From IMG/VR virus record IMGVR_UViG_3300045988_154953: a stretch of 64,000 bases of DNA. One strand, given 5' to 3'. Below the pieces are notes generated by a model. It was not told the origin of the DNA. It saw nothing but the letters and a program-made list of their open reading frames with translations, and did not search any database. Positions 18,232 through 26,621 of this stretch are shown in pieces (the first letter of the stretch is position 1; every line of letters starts with the position of its first letter). The DNA is from a virus. Both the position numbers and the translations under genes were made by a program.

Positions 18232-18855
18232 TTGAAAACAATTTTTAATTGGATTGGTGATGATTGGAAAAGAGTAAAAAATCATTGCCGTACTACAGAT
18301 AATAAAGAATTTACCGAAAAAGATGCAACTGATACATTTAAGAAAAAGTTACTTATTTCAGAGCATTCACCCATCAGATTACTAGAATTTGATTGGTCTT
18401 GGAAGAATATTTTTTACTGGGTTTCTACAGAATGGAGTCGTCATAAATTTGAAAAGTTTATTAGCACTCAAAGAGATGATCGTTTAAAAGATAATACTCC
18501 AAGAGGAAAGAAAACGCAAGATACATTGGTTAATTTTGATGGATACGCGAATATGCAAAATGCTATTGATGGTTGGCGTAAAAGATTATGCAGAATGGCT
18601 ACTGATGATGCAAGAGAACTAGGAGAAGATTTTAAAATAGAATTACATAAAACACATCCGTATGAATCTGATGTTCTGGTTCCAAATTGTATATATAGAG
18701 CAGGTTGTCCAGAATTTAGTTGTTGTGGCTTTATTTCTGAATTTATTAAATGGGCAAAAGATAGTGGGAAAGAAATTAATTGGTTAAATATTCAGGATAG
18801 ATATGATTTATATAATGAATATTTTTATGAATTACATAAGGAGGAAACATGTTAG
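18232..18855 (+). CDS. thyX: ThyX-like flavin-dependent thymidylate synthase (divergent)
   Basis: EHSPIRLLEFDWSW..STEWSRHKFEKFISTQRD resembles the ThyX core (HxSxxE..RHR..S). It sits directly upstream of dut. The start codon is TTG. Confidence 0.5.
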   Translation: MKTIFNWIGDDWKRVKNHCRTTDNKEFTEKDATDTFKKKLLISEHSPIRLLEFDWSWKNIFYWVSTEWSRHKFEKFISTQRDDRLKDNTPRGKKTQDTLVNFDGYANMQNAIDGWRKRLCRMATDDARELGEDFKIELHKTHPYESDVLVPNCIYRAGCPEFSCCGFISEFIKWAKDSGKEINWLNIQDRYDLYNEYFYELHKEETC

Positions 18856-19382
18856 ATATTACAAAAATAAACTATACACCGACTGGTATACACAATAAAA
18901 GACTACGTGGATTTGAAGTAATTAGTCCAAAAGAATACAATCGTTCATTTGAACCAGACGAAGAAATTCAGGTTAAGTTACCAAAACGTTCTACAAAAAA
19001 GGCAGCAGGATATGATTGTTTTTCTCCATTCGATTTTACTTTGCAGCCAGGAGAAGATATTAATATTCCAACTGGTATAAAGGCTTATATGCAGGATGGA
19101 GAAGTACTTATGGTATTTCCTAGAAGCGGATTGGGATTTAAATATTATACAAGACTTTCAAATTCGACAGGTATTGTGGATGGAGATTACTATTCTAATC
19201 CAAATAATGATGGTCATATTCATGTAAAGATTCGTAATGAAGGTACTAAACCATTAACAGTTAAACAAGGTGAAGCATTTTGTCAGTTTATCTTTATGCC
19301 GTTTCTTATTGCCGATGGAGACAATTTTAATACAGGAGATGATAGAATTGGCGGATTTGGAAGTACAACAAGAGAAAAATAA
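18849..19382 (+). CDS. dut: dUTP diphosphatase
   Basis: Motifs AAGYDCFS, RSGLGFKY, GIVDGDYY and RIGGFGSTT are present, with an AAGGAGG RBS. Confidence 0.85.
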   Translation: MLDITKINYTPTGIHNKRLRGFEVISPKEYNRSFEPDEEIQVKLPKRSTKKAAGYDCFSPFDFTLQPGEDINIPTGIKAYMQDGEVLMVFPRSGLGFKYYTRLSNSTGIVDGDYYSNPNNDGHIHVKIRNEGTKPLTVKQGEAFCQFIFMPFLIADGDNFNTGDDRIGGFGSTTREK

Positions 19383-19578
19383 TTTAATAGAACAAAAGAA
19401 ATTTTTAAGTTTAAATGACCTATATGATGTACTTCCTTTTGGAAAGACTAAAATTTTAAAATTGATCGCTGCCAATGAGTTACCTGTTATGAAAGTTGGT
19501 AAAGATTACATTACAACATATAATATATTAGAAAAATGGGTTGAAGAACATATAGGTGATGAAATATATTTTGAATAA
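19339..19578 (+). CDS. excisionase-like helix-turn-helix DNA-binding protein
   Basis: LSLNDLYDVLPFGKTKILKLIAANELPVMKVGKDYIT resembles the HTH_17/excisionase family. It lies immediately upstream of int. The start is uncertain; the track ORF begins at 19270, inside dut. Confidence 0.55.
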   Translation: MIELADLEVQQEKNNLIEQKKFLSLNDLYDVLPFGKTKILKLIAANELPVMKVGKDYITTYNILEKWVEEHIGDEIYFE

Positions 19579-19586
19579 TTAAGTAA

Positions 19587-19616
19587 TTGTGAATAATGTA
19601 AGGTGTGTGCTATAAT
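19587..19616 (+). promoter_or_regulatory. candidate sigma-70-type promoter upstream of int
   Basis: TTGTGA, an 18-nt spacer, then TGcTATAAT (extended -10) at 19608-19616. Confidence 0.4.
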
Positions 19617-19621
19617 TAAAT

Positions 19622-19641
19622 TATAATTAAGTATGCCCTTG
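19622..19641 (+). repeat. left copy of a 20-bp perfect inverted repeat (tataattaagtatgcccttg)
   Basis: Its exact reverse complement occurs at 21206-21225. The repeat contains a TATAAT hexamer. Confidence 0.9.
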
Positions 19642-19669
19642 CATTATTCTATTTTGGAGGTGTTTTTTA

Positions 19670-20857
19670 TTGAATAATGTGAAAGCAATTATAAAAGGAA
19701 TGACATTATATAAACGCAGCGATGGCCGATATGAAGGCCGTATCACGGTTAATGGCAAGCGTAAGAGTTTTTATGGTACAACGAAAGTTGAGGTGAAGAA
19801 TAAAGCCAAAGAGTATTTAACAAAAGTTGAAAACGGCTATGTTGAGCCTACTAAAATTATATTCAATGAATACATAGAATACTGGCTGAAAACTTATAAG
19901 AAGAATAAGATTCAAGATTCGTCATACAGTCGTCTGTACACAACATATTTACATCAAATTAAACCAACAATAGGTCAAATGAAGATGGGGAACATTAAGA
20001 CGAAAGACATCCAAAATCTGATTGATGAATATGCTAATCCAACCAGTGCTGATGTAAAACCTTTGTCGCTGTCTGGCTTAAAGAAGCTTACGCATCTTAT
20101 AAGGCCATGTATGCAAATGGCTGTTACAGAAGGACTGTTGCAAAAGAATCCCTGTGATAATGTGGTCTTTCCGCAAGAAGACTGTATTCAAGTAGATACA
20201 AAGCAGCAGTACAGTTTGTCAGATGATGAATTGAAAAGAATTAGAATGGCAGCGTTGACGAAGTATAAAAATGGACGGTATCGCAGTCGGGATTGGATTG
20301 TTCTTTTGATTATGTTGAACACAGGTTTACGTGTCGGTGAAATGTTGGCTCTGACATGGAAGGATATTGATTTTGAGAATCGAACAATGCATATCTGTAA
20401 GACGCTTCAAAGTAACATTAGAAACTATGATGATTTAGAACATGTTGTTTATTATTCGAAGATTAAGAAGTCTGCAAAGACAAAGAACGGTGTCAGATAT
20501 ATTTCATTGAATACGCAGGTTCTTCAGTATCTTCAGATGTTAAGGGGCTTTGATGAAGAGAATAAAATCAAATCCGATTATGTTGCATGTACAACTGTAG
20601 GGACTATGAATTGTTCAAGAAATCTACAAAGAAGTCTTGACAGATTAGTAAAATTTGCAGGAATACAACCAGAGTCACATGTATCATTACATACTTTAAG
20701 ACATACGTTTGGATCAACATTATTAAGACATGGGATAGGTATCGAAGTTATTAGCAAACTAATGGGACATGCAAATATTACTATTACATATAACAAATAT
20801 ATCCATGTCATACAGGAAGAGCAGGCCAAAGCAATGAATTTAGTTAATGTGTGCTGA
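19670..20857 (+). CDS. int: tyrosine integrase (phage integrase family)
   Basis: Catalytic pattern: LRVGEMLAL, HTLRHTFGS and LMGHANITITYNKYIH. It has an N-terminal SAM-like/arm-binding region. The TTG start follows GGAGGTG. Confidence 0.9.
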   Translation: MNNVKAIIKGMTLYKRSDGRYEGRITVNGKRKSFYGTTKVEVKNKAKEYLTKVENGYVEPTKIIFNEYIEYWLKTYKKNKIQDSSYSRLYTTYLHQIKPTIGQMKMGNIKTKDIQNLIDEYANPTSADVKPLSLSGLKKLTHLIRPCMQMAVTEGLLQKNPCDNVVFPQEDCIQVDTKQQYSLSDDELKRIRMAALTKYKNGRYRSRDWIVLLIMLNTGLRVGEMLALTWKDIDFENRTMHICKTLQSNIRNYDDLEHVVYYSKIKKSAKTKNGVRYISLNTQVLQYLQMLRGFDEENKIKSDYVACTTVGTMNCSRNLQRSLDRLVKFAGIQPESHVSLHTLRHTFGSTLLRHGIGIEVISKLMGHANITITYNKYIHVIQEEQAKAMNLVNVC

Positions 20858-20879
20858 AAAGGTACATTTTTGTGGTCAA

Positions 20880-20906
20880 AATGTGGTCACGTCAAAATGC
20901 AATGTT
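20880..20906 (+). repeat. arm-type repeats TGTGGTCA(A/C), two copies, left of the attP core
   Basis: tgtggtcaaaa is at 20880-20890 and tgtggtcacgtcaaaa at 20891-20906. The same 11-mer occurs twice at 21088-21110. Confidence 0.6.
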
Positions 20907-20941
20907 TAAAAAATACAGATATTATAAGGGGTTTAAGGGTT

Positions 20942-20975
20942 GGACGGTTATCTCGACTCCCCGCAGGTCCATCGA
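20942..20975 (+). other. attP core candidate: mimic of a tRNA/tmRNA gene 3' end
   Basis: ggacggttatctcgactccccgcaggtccatcga contains tcgactccccgcaggtcca. That reads as T-loop/T-stem (CCCCG), a 7-nt acceptor strand and a discriminator A, and resembles tmRNA 3' ends (GGACG..TTCGACTCC..CCA). Confidence 0.55.
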
Positions 20976-20981
20976 CCTAAA

Positions 20982-21014
20982 CCTCTGTAAATCGCGTATT
21001 TACAGGGGTTTTTC
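20982..21014 (+). terminator. intrinsic terminator directly after the tRNA/tmRNA-like end
   Basis: The stem is cctctgtaaat / atttacagggg with a 5-nt loop, followed by ttttt. Confidence 0.7.
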
Positions 21015-21040
21015 TTTGCTTAAAATGCGAAAAATAGTCG

Positions 21041-21080
21041 TTTTAGACCGTTTTGAACCGTTTCAGACCGTTTCAGACTG
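21041..21080 (+). repeat. four tandem 10-bp repeats (ttttagaccg ttttgaaccg tttcagaccg tttcagactg)
   Basis: Read directly from the sequence. The repeats are phased with the DNA helix and lie between the attP core and the right arm repeats. Confidence 0.8.
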
Positions 21081-21087
21081 CTGGAAG

Positions 21088-21110
21088 TGTGGTCAAAAGT
21101 GTGGTCAAAA
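21088..21110 (+). repeat. arm-type repeats TGTGGTCAAAA, two copies, right of the attP core
   Basis: tgtggtcaaaa is at 21088-21098 and again at 21100-21110. Confidence 0.6.
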
Positions 21111-21205
21111 AATTGAACTATTTTTAGCAGAAAAATCACCCGTTTTACAACTTTTAACTCTTAAATAACAACTTTTTACAAGTTTTTGGACGAAAATGCT
21201 AATTT

Positions 21206-21225
21206 CAAGGGCATACTTAATTATA
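21206..21225 (-). repeat. right copy of the 20-bp perfect inverted repeat
   Basis: caagggcatacttaattata is the reverse complement of 19622-19641. Confidence 0.9.
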
Positions 21226-21556
21226 CATCAATATACATCTTGAATTATACGTTATATTAGCTTTAATGAATTTCCATGGAAAGATTTATCCGGTTATTAA
21301 AATAACATTTTGTAATCATTATATAAGACGTTAATTTATCTATCTCTTCCTGAGAGATGATTTGAGACATTTTAATTATTGATATTATAATTTATTCGAA
21401 TGTAATATAAAAACGTCTCAAGTCGAAGATTAGAAGCCTTGTAATTAATTTTATTGATATTTTATATAATTATTACAATCATTCACAAAGAATATGTTTA
21501 TCTTTTAGATTCTTGGTCATATTACAATTATAAGAATCAAGGAGGCTAATATAATT

Positions 21557-21829
21557 ATGTCTAGAGTAAGACGTACAAAAATAGAAGTTGTACAGCAGAA
21601 GATAGCAGATATTGAATTGAAGATTAAAAGTACGGAAGATAAATTAATTGGTTACAAGAAACAGCTCAACGAATTAAATAACGAGATGAAAAAGATTATA
21701 GCAGCAGAAGAGAAGTCTAAAGAAAAAGAAAAACTCAATGAGATTATGAATCTGATTAAAAATAGTTCTATGAATTTAGATGAAATTAAGATCATGATCA
21801 GTAAAGAAATACACGATGTACAGGAGTAA
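21557..21829 (+). CDS. hypothetical coiled-coil protein
   Basis: Strong AAGGAGG RBS. The ORF is followed by a hairpin terminator. Confidence 0.65.
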   Translation: MSRVRRTKIEVVQQKIADIELKIKSTEDKLIGYKKQLNELNNEMKKIIAAEEKSKEKEKLNEIMNLIKNSSMNLDEIKIMISKEIHDVQE

Positions 21830-21835
21830 AAAAAT

Positions 21836-21861
21836 GGGAGAGTCCGTAATTGGATTCTCCC
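21836..21861. terminator. bidirectional hairpin terminator between convergent genes
   Basis: The stem gggagagtcc / ggattctccc has 10 bp including one G-U pair. An A7 run lies on the left (a U-run for the minus-strand transcript) and a T-rich stretch on the right. Confidence 0.65.
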
Positions 21862-21871
21862 TATAATTATT

Positions 21872-22852
21872 TTATATAATTTCTGCGTAAATATTTTTCC
21901 AGTAATTAAATCTACCTTTTACAGACTGTGAGCTACGTGTACCGCCTTTAGAGTAGATTTCCTTGTATGCTGTATTATCCTTATATGTATCTGAAAATTC
22001 TTTAATTGCTGCTACAAGTTTATCAAAATTTTTTCCATCTCTCAAACACTGTACACCGATGTAAAGAATCATTGGAATAGAAGCATATAGGTAAGGTGTC
22101 TTATCCATCTTTTCATCCAATAAATCGAGAACATCTACTATAGCAGTTGCGTCAGATTCATCAATATTACCTGCATACCAAACTACAAACTTGTCAAGTG
22201 TCGGTTTAGAGAAGCTTAACGTTTCTTTATCATCTGTTATACTAAGTAACATAAGCGTTTCTCGTATAAGATCTCTGTTGTTATCGCCCAATAGTTGTTT
22301 TGGACTCAAAATCTTCTTGAAGAATGGATGTTCAGCAAGTGGAAATACAATATCACTAACTACTTTAGGTTCAATAGCTGTACGTTTCTGAGTAGCGGTG
22401 AGTGCTTTACCGTTGTTTTGTCTTCGGTACATCTCTCTGATTTCTTCGTCAGTTGCATTTGTGAATATGTAAAGTGTGATTTCAAAATTTAATATTTTGT
22501 CTTGGAGTACAGGATCCAATTCAGAAAATTTCTTACCAGCTGTATCATACGGAACATTATCTATAAGAACTGGTAGATTGTTATTGGATAATGCAAATCC
22601 ATCCTCTATATATTCTGCAAAAGACGTACTACGTTGTATACCATCAAATATACACCTAATATCATCTAATACAGCAGCTCTTATTGGATCGATTAAGAAA
22701 TCACGAAAGATAGAATCTATCAAAAGACATTTCTGAGGTTTTGTCCATTGATCTTCTTTTCTCTGCAAATAATGATGTAGATTATATTTCTTTTCATCTC
22801 GAATATCTTTAGTAAAATTTGCTAATAGTCGTTTTTCACTTTTACACTCCAT
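21872..22852 (-). CDS. DUF262 (ParB-like/GmrSD N-terminal) domain protein
   Basis: YLQRKEDQWTKPQKCLLIDSIFRDFLIDPI and DGIQRSTS (the DGQQR motif) are present. No DUF1524/HNH domain follows. Confidence 0.7.
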   Translation of the reverse strand: MECKSEKRLLANFTKDIRDEKKYNLHHYLQRKEDQWTKPQKCLLIDSIFRDFLIDPIRAAVLDDIRCIFDGIQRSTSFAEYIEDGFALSNNNLPVLIDNVPYDTAGKKFSELDPVLQDKILNFEITLYIFTNATDEEIREMYRRQNNGKALTATQKRTAIEPKVVSDIVFPLAEHPFFKKILSPKQLLGDNNRDLIRETLMLLSITDDKETLSFSKPTLDKFVVWYAGNIDESDATAIVDVLDLLDEKMDKTPYLYASIPMILYIGVQCLRDGKNFDKLVAAIKEFSDTYKDNTAYKEIYSKGGTRSSQSVKGRFNYWKNIYAEII

Positions 22853-22889
22853 AGATACACCTCCAAAAATTTTAAAATTTTATAAAATA

Positions 22890-22918
22890 TAAATATCATA
22901 AAATTTTTTAAAAGTCAA
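22890..22918 (-). promoter_or_regulatory. candidate promoter of the DUF262 gene
   Basis: On the minus strand: TTGACT, a 17-nt spacer, then TATTTA preceded by TGa. Confidence 0.3.
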
Positions 22919-22943
22919 TGATCGATTTTACATTTTTTGAGAG

Positions 22944-22985
22944 TAAAAAAATAGGGGAAATAACTGGTTATAGTCATTTCCCCTA
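22944..22985 (-). terminator. intrinsic terminator after the second recombinase gene
   Basis: The stem is taggggaaat / atttccccta, followed on the minus strand by a T-run. Confidence 0.65.
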
Positions 22986-23075
22986 TATGTAATATTCGGT
23001 TTTATAAGTATGAGAACACTAAGCTGAATTAAATAAGTACCTCGTCAAATTTATTGTTTTAAGGAATAATGTACG

Positions 23076-24083
23076 TTAAATGCCAAACATTGAATTTATT
23101 GTATCTTCCGAATGATCTTTTAAATATCCTTGTGTAGTACTTGGATCTGAATGATGTGCAAATATCTGTATCTGCTCTAATGGATATTTTTTAGGATTTC
23201 CATTTTCGTCAAGCAATCTTAAATCAGTTCCTTGCGAAAGACATTCCAATCTACTATGTCGCATTGTATGAGTAAATATATTGCATGGTTCACCACGTAC
23301 TTCTGATAAAATTTTAGATATACTTACGATTCTATCATATAATACATTCGAATTTGAAATAGGCTCTTTGTGATCTCCTGAACCTTTAATCCACAATGAA
23401 TCAATATCATCATCACCACGCCATTCAAGATATTTCTTAATTAATTCTCTTGTATCATCTAAATATACAAGAGGAAATTTTTTCCCACGTTTACCGATAA
23501 CAATATTGGTTTTATTTCCGTCAAGTAACCCATGCTTTTGGATTTGAAATAATTCATTTTTTCGCCCAGCAGAATCAAAACCAATACTCCATAATACGGC
23601 TAGCTGCCATTTTTCTTCAGCAACAAGAATATCTCTAACCTTAACAAATTCATCATATGTAAAAAAGAAATCATCTTCATCATCTTTAACACGAGACTTT
23701 GGAATACCTTTTACCTTTTTCGCATAGTTAATTTCATATTCATAATCATCATCATCTTCACAGAACGTAAGAAGACTATTGATTGCACTTTTGAGTCTAT
23801 TTGTTCTGGCAGCAGACATTTCACATTCTTCTGTGAAATATAAACTAAGATTACGAAAATCCTTCTTTTTTAAATCGAGAATACAACGGTTATCTAACTC
23901 TCGAAGCACATAAATCAAGATGATTCTTAGATCGTTACGATAGCCTGATATCGTTCCTTTGCTCTTTTTTCTCTGTTTATACTCTTGAAGGAAATCGTCC
24001 ATTATTCTTTTATTCTCTTTGTTTACCTGTTCCCACAATTCTTCTGTATAAAAATTATGATAGATACGTCCTCTAGTAGCCAT
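23076..24083 (-). CDS. second tyrosine recombinase (XerC/D-like)
   Basis: Catalytic pattern: DSAGRKNE (Arg), HTMRHSR (H-x-x-R), AHHSD and TQGYL (Tyr). Confidence 0.8.
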   Translation of the reverse strand: MATRGRIYHNFYTEELWEQVNKENKRIMDDFLQEYKQRKKSKGTISGYRNDLRIILIYVLRELDNRCILDLKKKDFRNLSLYFTEECEMSAARTNRLKSAINSLLTFCEDDDDYEYEINYAKKVKGIPKSRVKDDEDDFFFTYDEFVKVRDILVAEEKWQLAVLWSIGFDSAGRKNELFQIQKHGLLDGNKTNIVIGKRGKKFPLVYLDDTRELIKKYLEWRGDDDIDSLWIKGSGDHKEPISNSNVLYDRIVSISKILSEVRGEPCNIFTHTMRHSRLECLSQGTDLRLLDENGNPKKYPLEQIQIFAHHSDPSTTQGYLKDHSEDTINSMFGI

Positions 24084-24107
24084 TAAATCACTGTCCTTTC
24101 AATCAAA

Positions 24108-24144
24108 ATAAAAAAAAGAATAGGAGAGTAATTCATCCTATTCT
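24108..24144 (-). terminator. intrinsic terminator ending the late (structural and lysis) transcript
   Basis: The stem is agaatagga / tcctattct (9 bp), followed on the minus strand by a T8 run. Confidence 0.7.
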
Positions 24145-24217
24145 AAAAATCCTACTGCCAGCTATTACACCGACAGTAGATAAAATTTAATTCCATTAAA
24201 ATTACACTATTTTTACA

Positions 24218-24631
24218 CTATTTTCTCTTCGGTAGCCAGAATAATATCTTTCTATTCAGTAAATGATAATGAGGTCTTTCATTATCAGTTCTCAACACGT
24301 AATAAACCAAACAATCCTGTAATACAATACAAACAATTGATAAAATTGCCCATGCTACACAGAAAAAGACATTACATTGTCCAAAGAAGAATGTACCCCA
24401 AAGATTAGAATAATCCCATATATCTAATCCCAGGAATACATTCAAAATAATACCTGCAACTCCCTCAAACACTGTTGCAAAATATGTTCCAACAAGTATC
24501 TGTAAATCTAATGGCATTTCATACGAGAAAGTATCATTTAACCCACCTATTAAGACCGCGATGATCCCTGTCAAAACAACCATCGCCCAATGACTATATC
24601 CTCTATATAAGATTTCAACACCATAATACAT
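24218..24631 (-). CDS. polytopic membrane protein (CmpB/PF06541-like)
   Basis: It has four hydrophobic segments and the WDYS motif typical of that family. Confidence 0.5.
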   Translation of the reverse strand: MYYGVEILYRGYSHWAMVVLTGIIAVLIGGLNDTFSYEMPLDLQILVGTYFATVFEGVAGIILNVFLGLDIWDYSNLWGTFFFGQCNVFFCVAWAILSIVCIVLQDCLVYYVLRTDNERPHYHLLNRKILFWLPKRK

Positions 24632-24696
24632 TAATCCAAATACAACGAACGTAGAAATGCTTACTAATAATTTTTTTATAATTCATAAAACAAATC

Positions 24697-25005
24697 TTAA
24701 GACTCCTTAGAGCCTCCAAATTGGCCTATAGCTTGTTTAACCTTGTCAAATCCGACCATACTAACAAGACCGCTAGAAAGCCCCATCAGAACCATATAAA
24801 TAATATTATTAGTTGTGAATGGTATGGTATTTAACTGATAATATAAGCCGCAACCAACACCACCAACAATCAAAGCTACGATTAGTGCTAATACGTTATA
24901 TGAAAAGTTTGTTTTCTCTACAATAAGTTTCTTAATTGCTTCTGTAACTAATCCACTAATAACTGAAAAAGCTGTTAATAAAAATAAAAAATCTGTTGTT
25001 GTCAT
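24697..25005 (-). CDS. holin (A118/Hol118-like)
   Basis: It has three TM segments. GLVTEAIKKL resembles the Hol118 VFVQAIKK pattern. The C-terminus is charged. Confidence 0.6.
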   Translation of the reverse strand: MTTTDFLFLLTAFSVISGLVTEAIKKLIVEKTNFSYNVLALIVALIVGGVGCGLYYQLNTIPFTTNNIIYMVLMGLSSGLVSMVGFDKVKQAIGQFGGSKES

Positions 25006-25007
25006 AT

Positions 25008-25358
25008 CTAATTGTCCTCACTTTCATTATTTTCTGTTATATCAATATCATCACTCTGTGTTTCATCACAGCTATCATTTTGTCCAGATTCAATCTGGAA
25101 TTTTTCACGGTCAAATTCTAATTGTTTTTCTGCTTTAGTTTCAAGAAAACTTTTTGCACAATAAACAGCAAACTCAAGTACAAGAGTTAAACAAGAGCCA
25201 ATAGCAGTGGTAATTAATACGTCTAAGGCTTCGAGATTGTCCAATACAAACATTGCGTACATTGCATAGAATTCAATCATTAAGCTATTGACTAAAATAA
25301 ATACCATAAGAATAGCAGCAATAATTTTAGTCGTTTGTATTTTCTTTTTATTGTTCAT
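25008..25358 (-). CDS. membrane protein with an acidic C-terminus
   Basis: It has two or three TM segments and lies in the lysis region. Confidence 0.55.
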   Translation of the reverse strand: MNNKKKIQTTKIIAAILMVFILVNSLMIEFYAMYAMFVLDNLEALDVLITTAIGSCLTLVLEFAVYCAKSFLETKAEKQLEFDREKFQIESGQNDSCDETQSDDIDITENNESEDN

Positions 25359-25359
25359 T

Positions 25360-25938
25360 TTAATCGGCTCCTAAAATTTCTTGATTGTATTTTGCACGAA
25401 TAAATTTAATAGATTCTTCTACAAATCCATTTGTACGGTTTAATTCTTTGATAATTTTTTCATAATCATCATAATCGCGAAACACATTTTCATATCGTTC
25501 CCTGTCAACATAACAACTATTGTGTCTGATTTCATCAGCAAGATTTAAAATATTCCATCTTTTACGTTCCATTTTTTCTTCTAAAATATCTACTTTTATT
25601 TCTGATAATACGTTCGACATAGCCGAAAGATTATCCATTAAATTTTTCTGTATTTCGAAGCTTTGTTCACGATCATGCACACGATTATCAACAAATTGTT
25701 TATCATTTTTTCTAAGTTCTTTTATTTCTTGTTTTAAATCATCAATCTTTTGTTTAAAATCTTTGATATCTTCATCGCGTTTTTTTTCTTTTAGTGTCTG
25801 TTTTGTTTCTATTCCGAAGAAATCATGAATATAACGCAGAGATTGTAATAATCCAATTATAAGAACAATAAGAAAAAGGAATATTACAACAACATTTCCC
25901 CATCCAATATTTGTTAAATTTTGAAATGCTTCTATCAT
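25360..25938 (-). CDS. N-terminally anchored coiled-coil protein
   Basis: It has one N-terminal TM helix followed by Lys/Glu-rich coiled coil. Confidence 0.55.
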   Translation of the reverse strand: MIEAFQNLTNIGWGNVVVIFLFLIVLIIGLLQSLRYIHDFFGIETKQTLKEKKRDEDIKDFKQKIDDLKQEIKELRKNDKQFVDNRVHDREQSFEIQKNLMDNLSAMSNVLSEIKVDILEEKMERKRWNILNLADEIRHNSCYVDRERYENVFRDYDDYEKIIKELNRTNGFVEESIKFIRAKYNQEILGAD

Positions 25939-25970
25939 GTCATAATTCCCGTTCCTTTCTTAATTAGAAT

Positions 25971-26441
25971 TTACGCAAGTTTAACAACACTATAGCCAAC
26001 ATAAGCATTAAGCTTTGTTCCGCTAGTTTGTTTAACGTTAACATAATATGTTGTTGTCGATGTCGGTGTAAGAATTATAGGAAAAGAATTCTTTACTGTG
26101 TCTCCATTTACAGGTGGGAATGTTACTGTATTAAATCTATTCTCATTATGATTTCTTCCAGAAGCATCGCTTATTCCTACGTATCTTATACCAGATGAGT
26201 TATTAGAAAAACCACCAGTTACAATAACTAAATAAATACCTGCCTCCAACGAAAAATCCATAAGTTTAGTCCATGTATTATTTGAGGTCTCAACTGTATC
26301 TGAAGGACTTTGATTTTTTATTAATTTTAATTTAGTATTATATTTATCTTTGAGATTTGTCCCGTTTTCTTGTATAGTAGTAGCAGATAACACATCAGCA
26401 GTTAATGTGCCATCTACAGTTGTATCTTTTAATTGAGCCAT
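25971..26441 (-). CDS. hypothetical tail-fibre-tip-like protein
   Basis: It has an AGGAGGAAG RBS and follows an intrinsic terminator, so it probably has its own transcript. Confidence 0.55.
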   Translation of the reverse strand: MAQLKDTTVDGTLTADVLSATTIQENGTNLKDKYNTKLKLIKNQSPSDTVETSNNTWTKLMDFSLEAGIYLVIVTGGFSNNSSGIRYVGISDASGRNHNENRFNTVTFPPVNGDTVKNSFPIILTPTSTTTYYVNVKQTSGTKLNAYVGYSVVKLA

Positions 26442-26456
26442 AACTTCCTCCTTTTC

Positions 26457-26488
26457 AAATAAAAAGAGTTGTATTAGTCTACAACTCT
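26457..26488 (-). terminator. intrinsic terminator (minus strand)
   Basis: The stem is agagttgta / tacaactct (9 bp), followed by tttttattt on the minus strand. Confidence 0.65.
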
Positions 26489-26621
26489 ATGTCGAATATT
26501 GCGATATATGATTATTTACCATCATTGATTCTCATGGTATGCTATACATGATTTAACATTTTACCTCTCGCAACACGCCCCACGAAAGCAACGTGTGTAT
26601 AATTTTTGTGGGGCGTTTCGA

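Noticed and set aside
19270-19338. Long N-terminal extension of the Xis-like ORF
   Set aside because: This part overlaps the 3' end of dut in another frame and encodes a hydrophobic, low-quality sequence. An internal start is more plausible.
20851-21168. 105-aa ORF after int
   Set aside because: It spans the tRNA/tmRNA-like attP core, the terminator hairpin and the arm and tandem repeats. Its sequence is dictated by those elements and it has no RBS.
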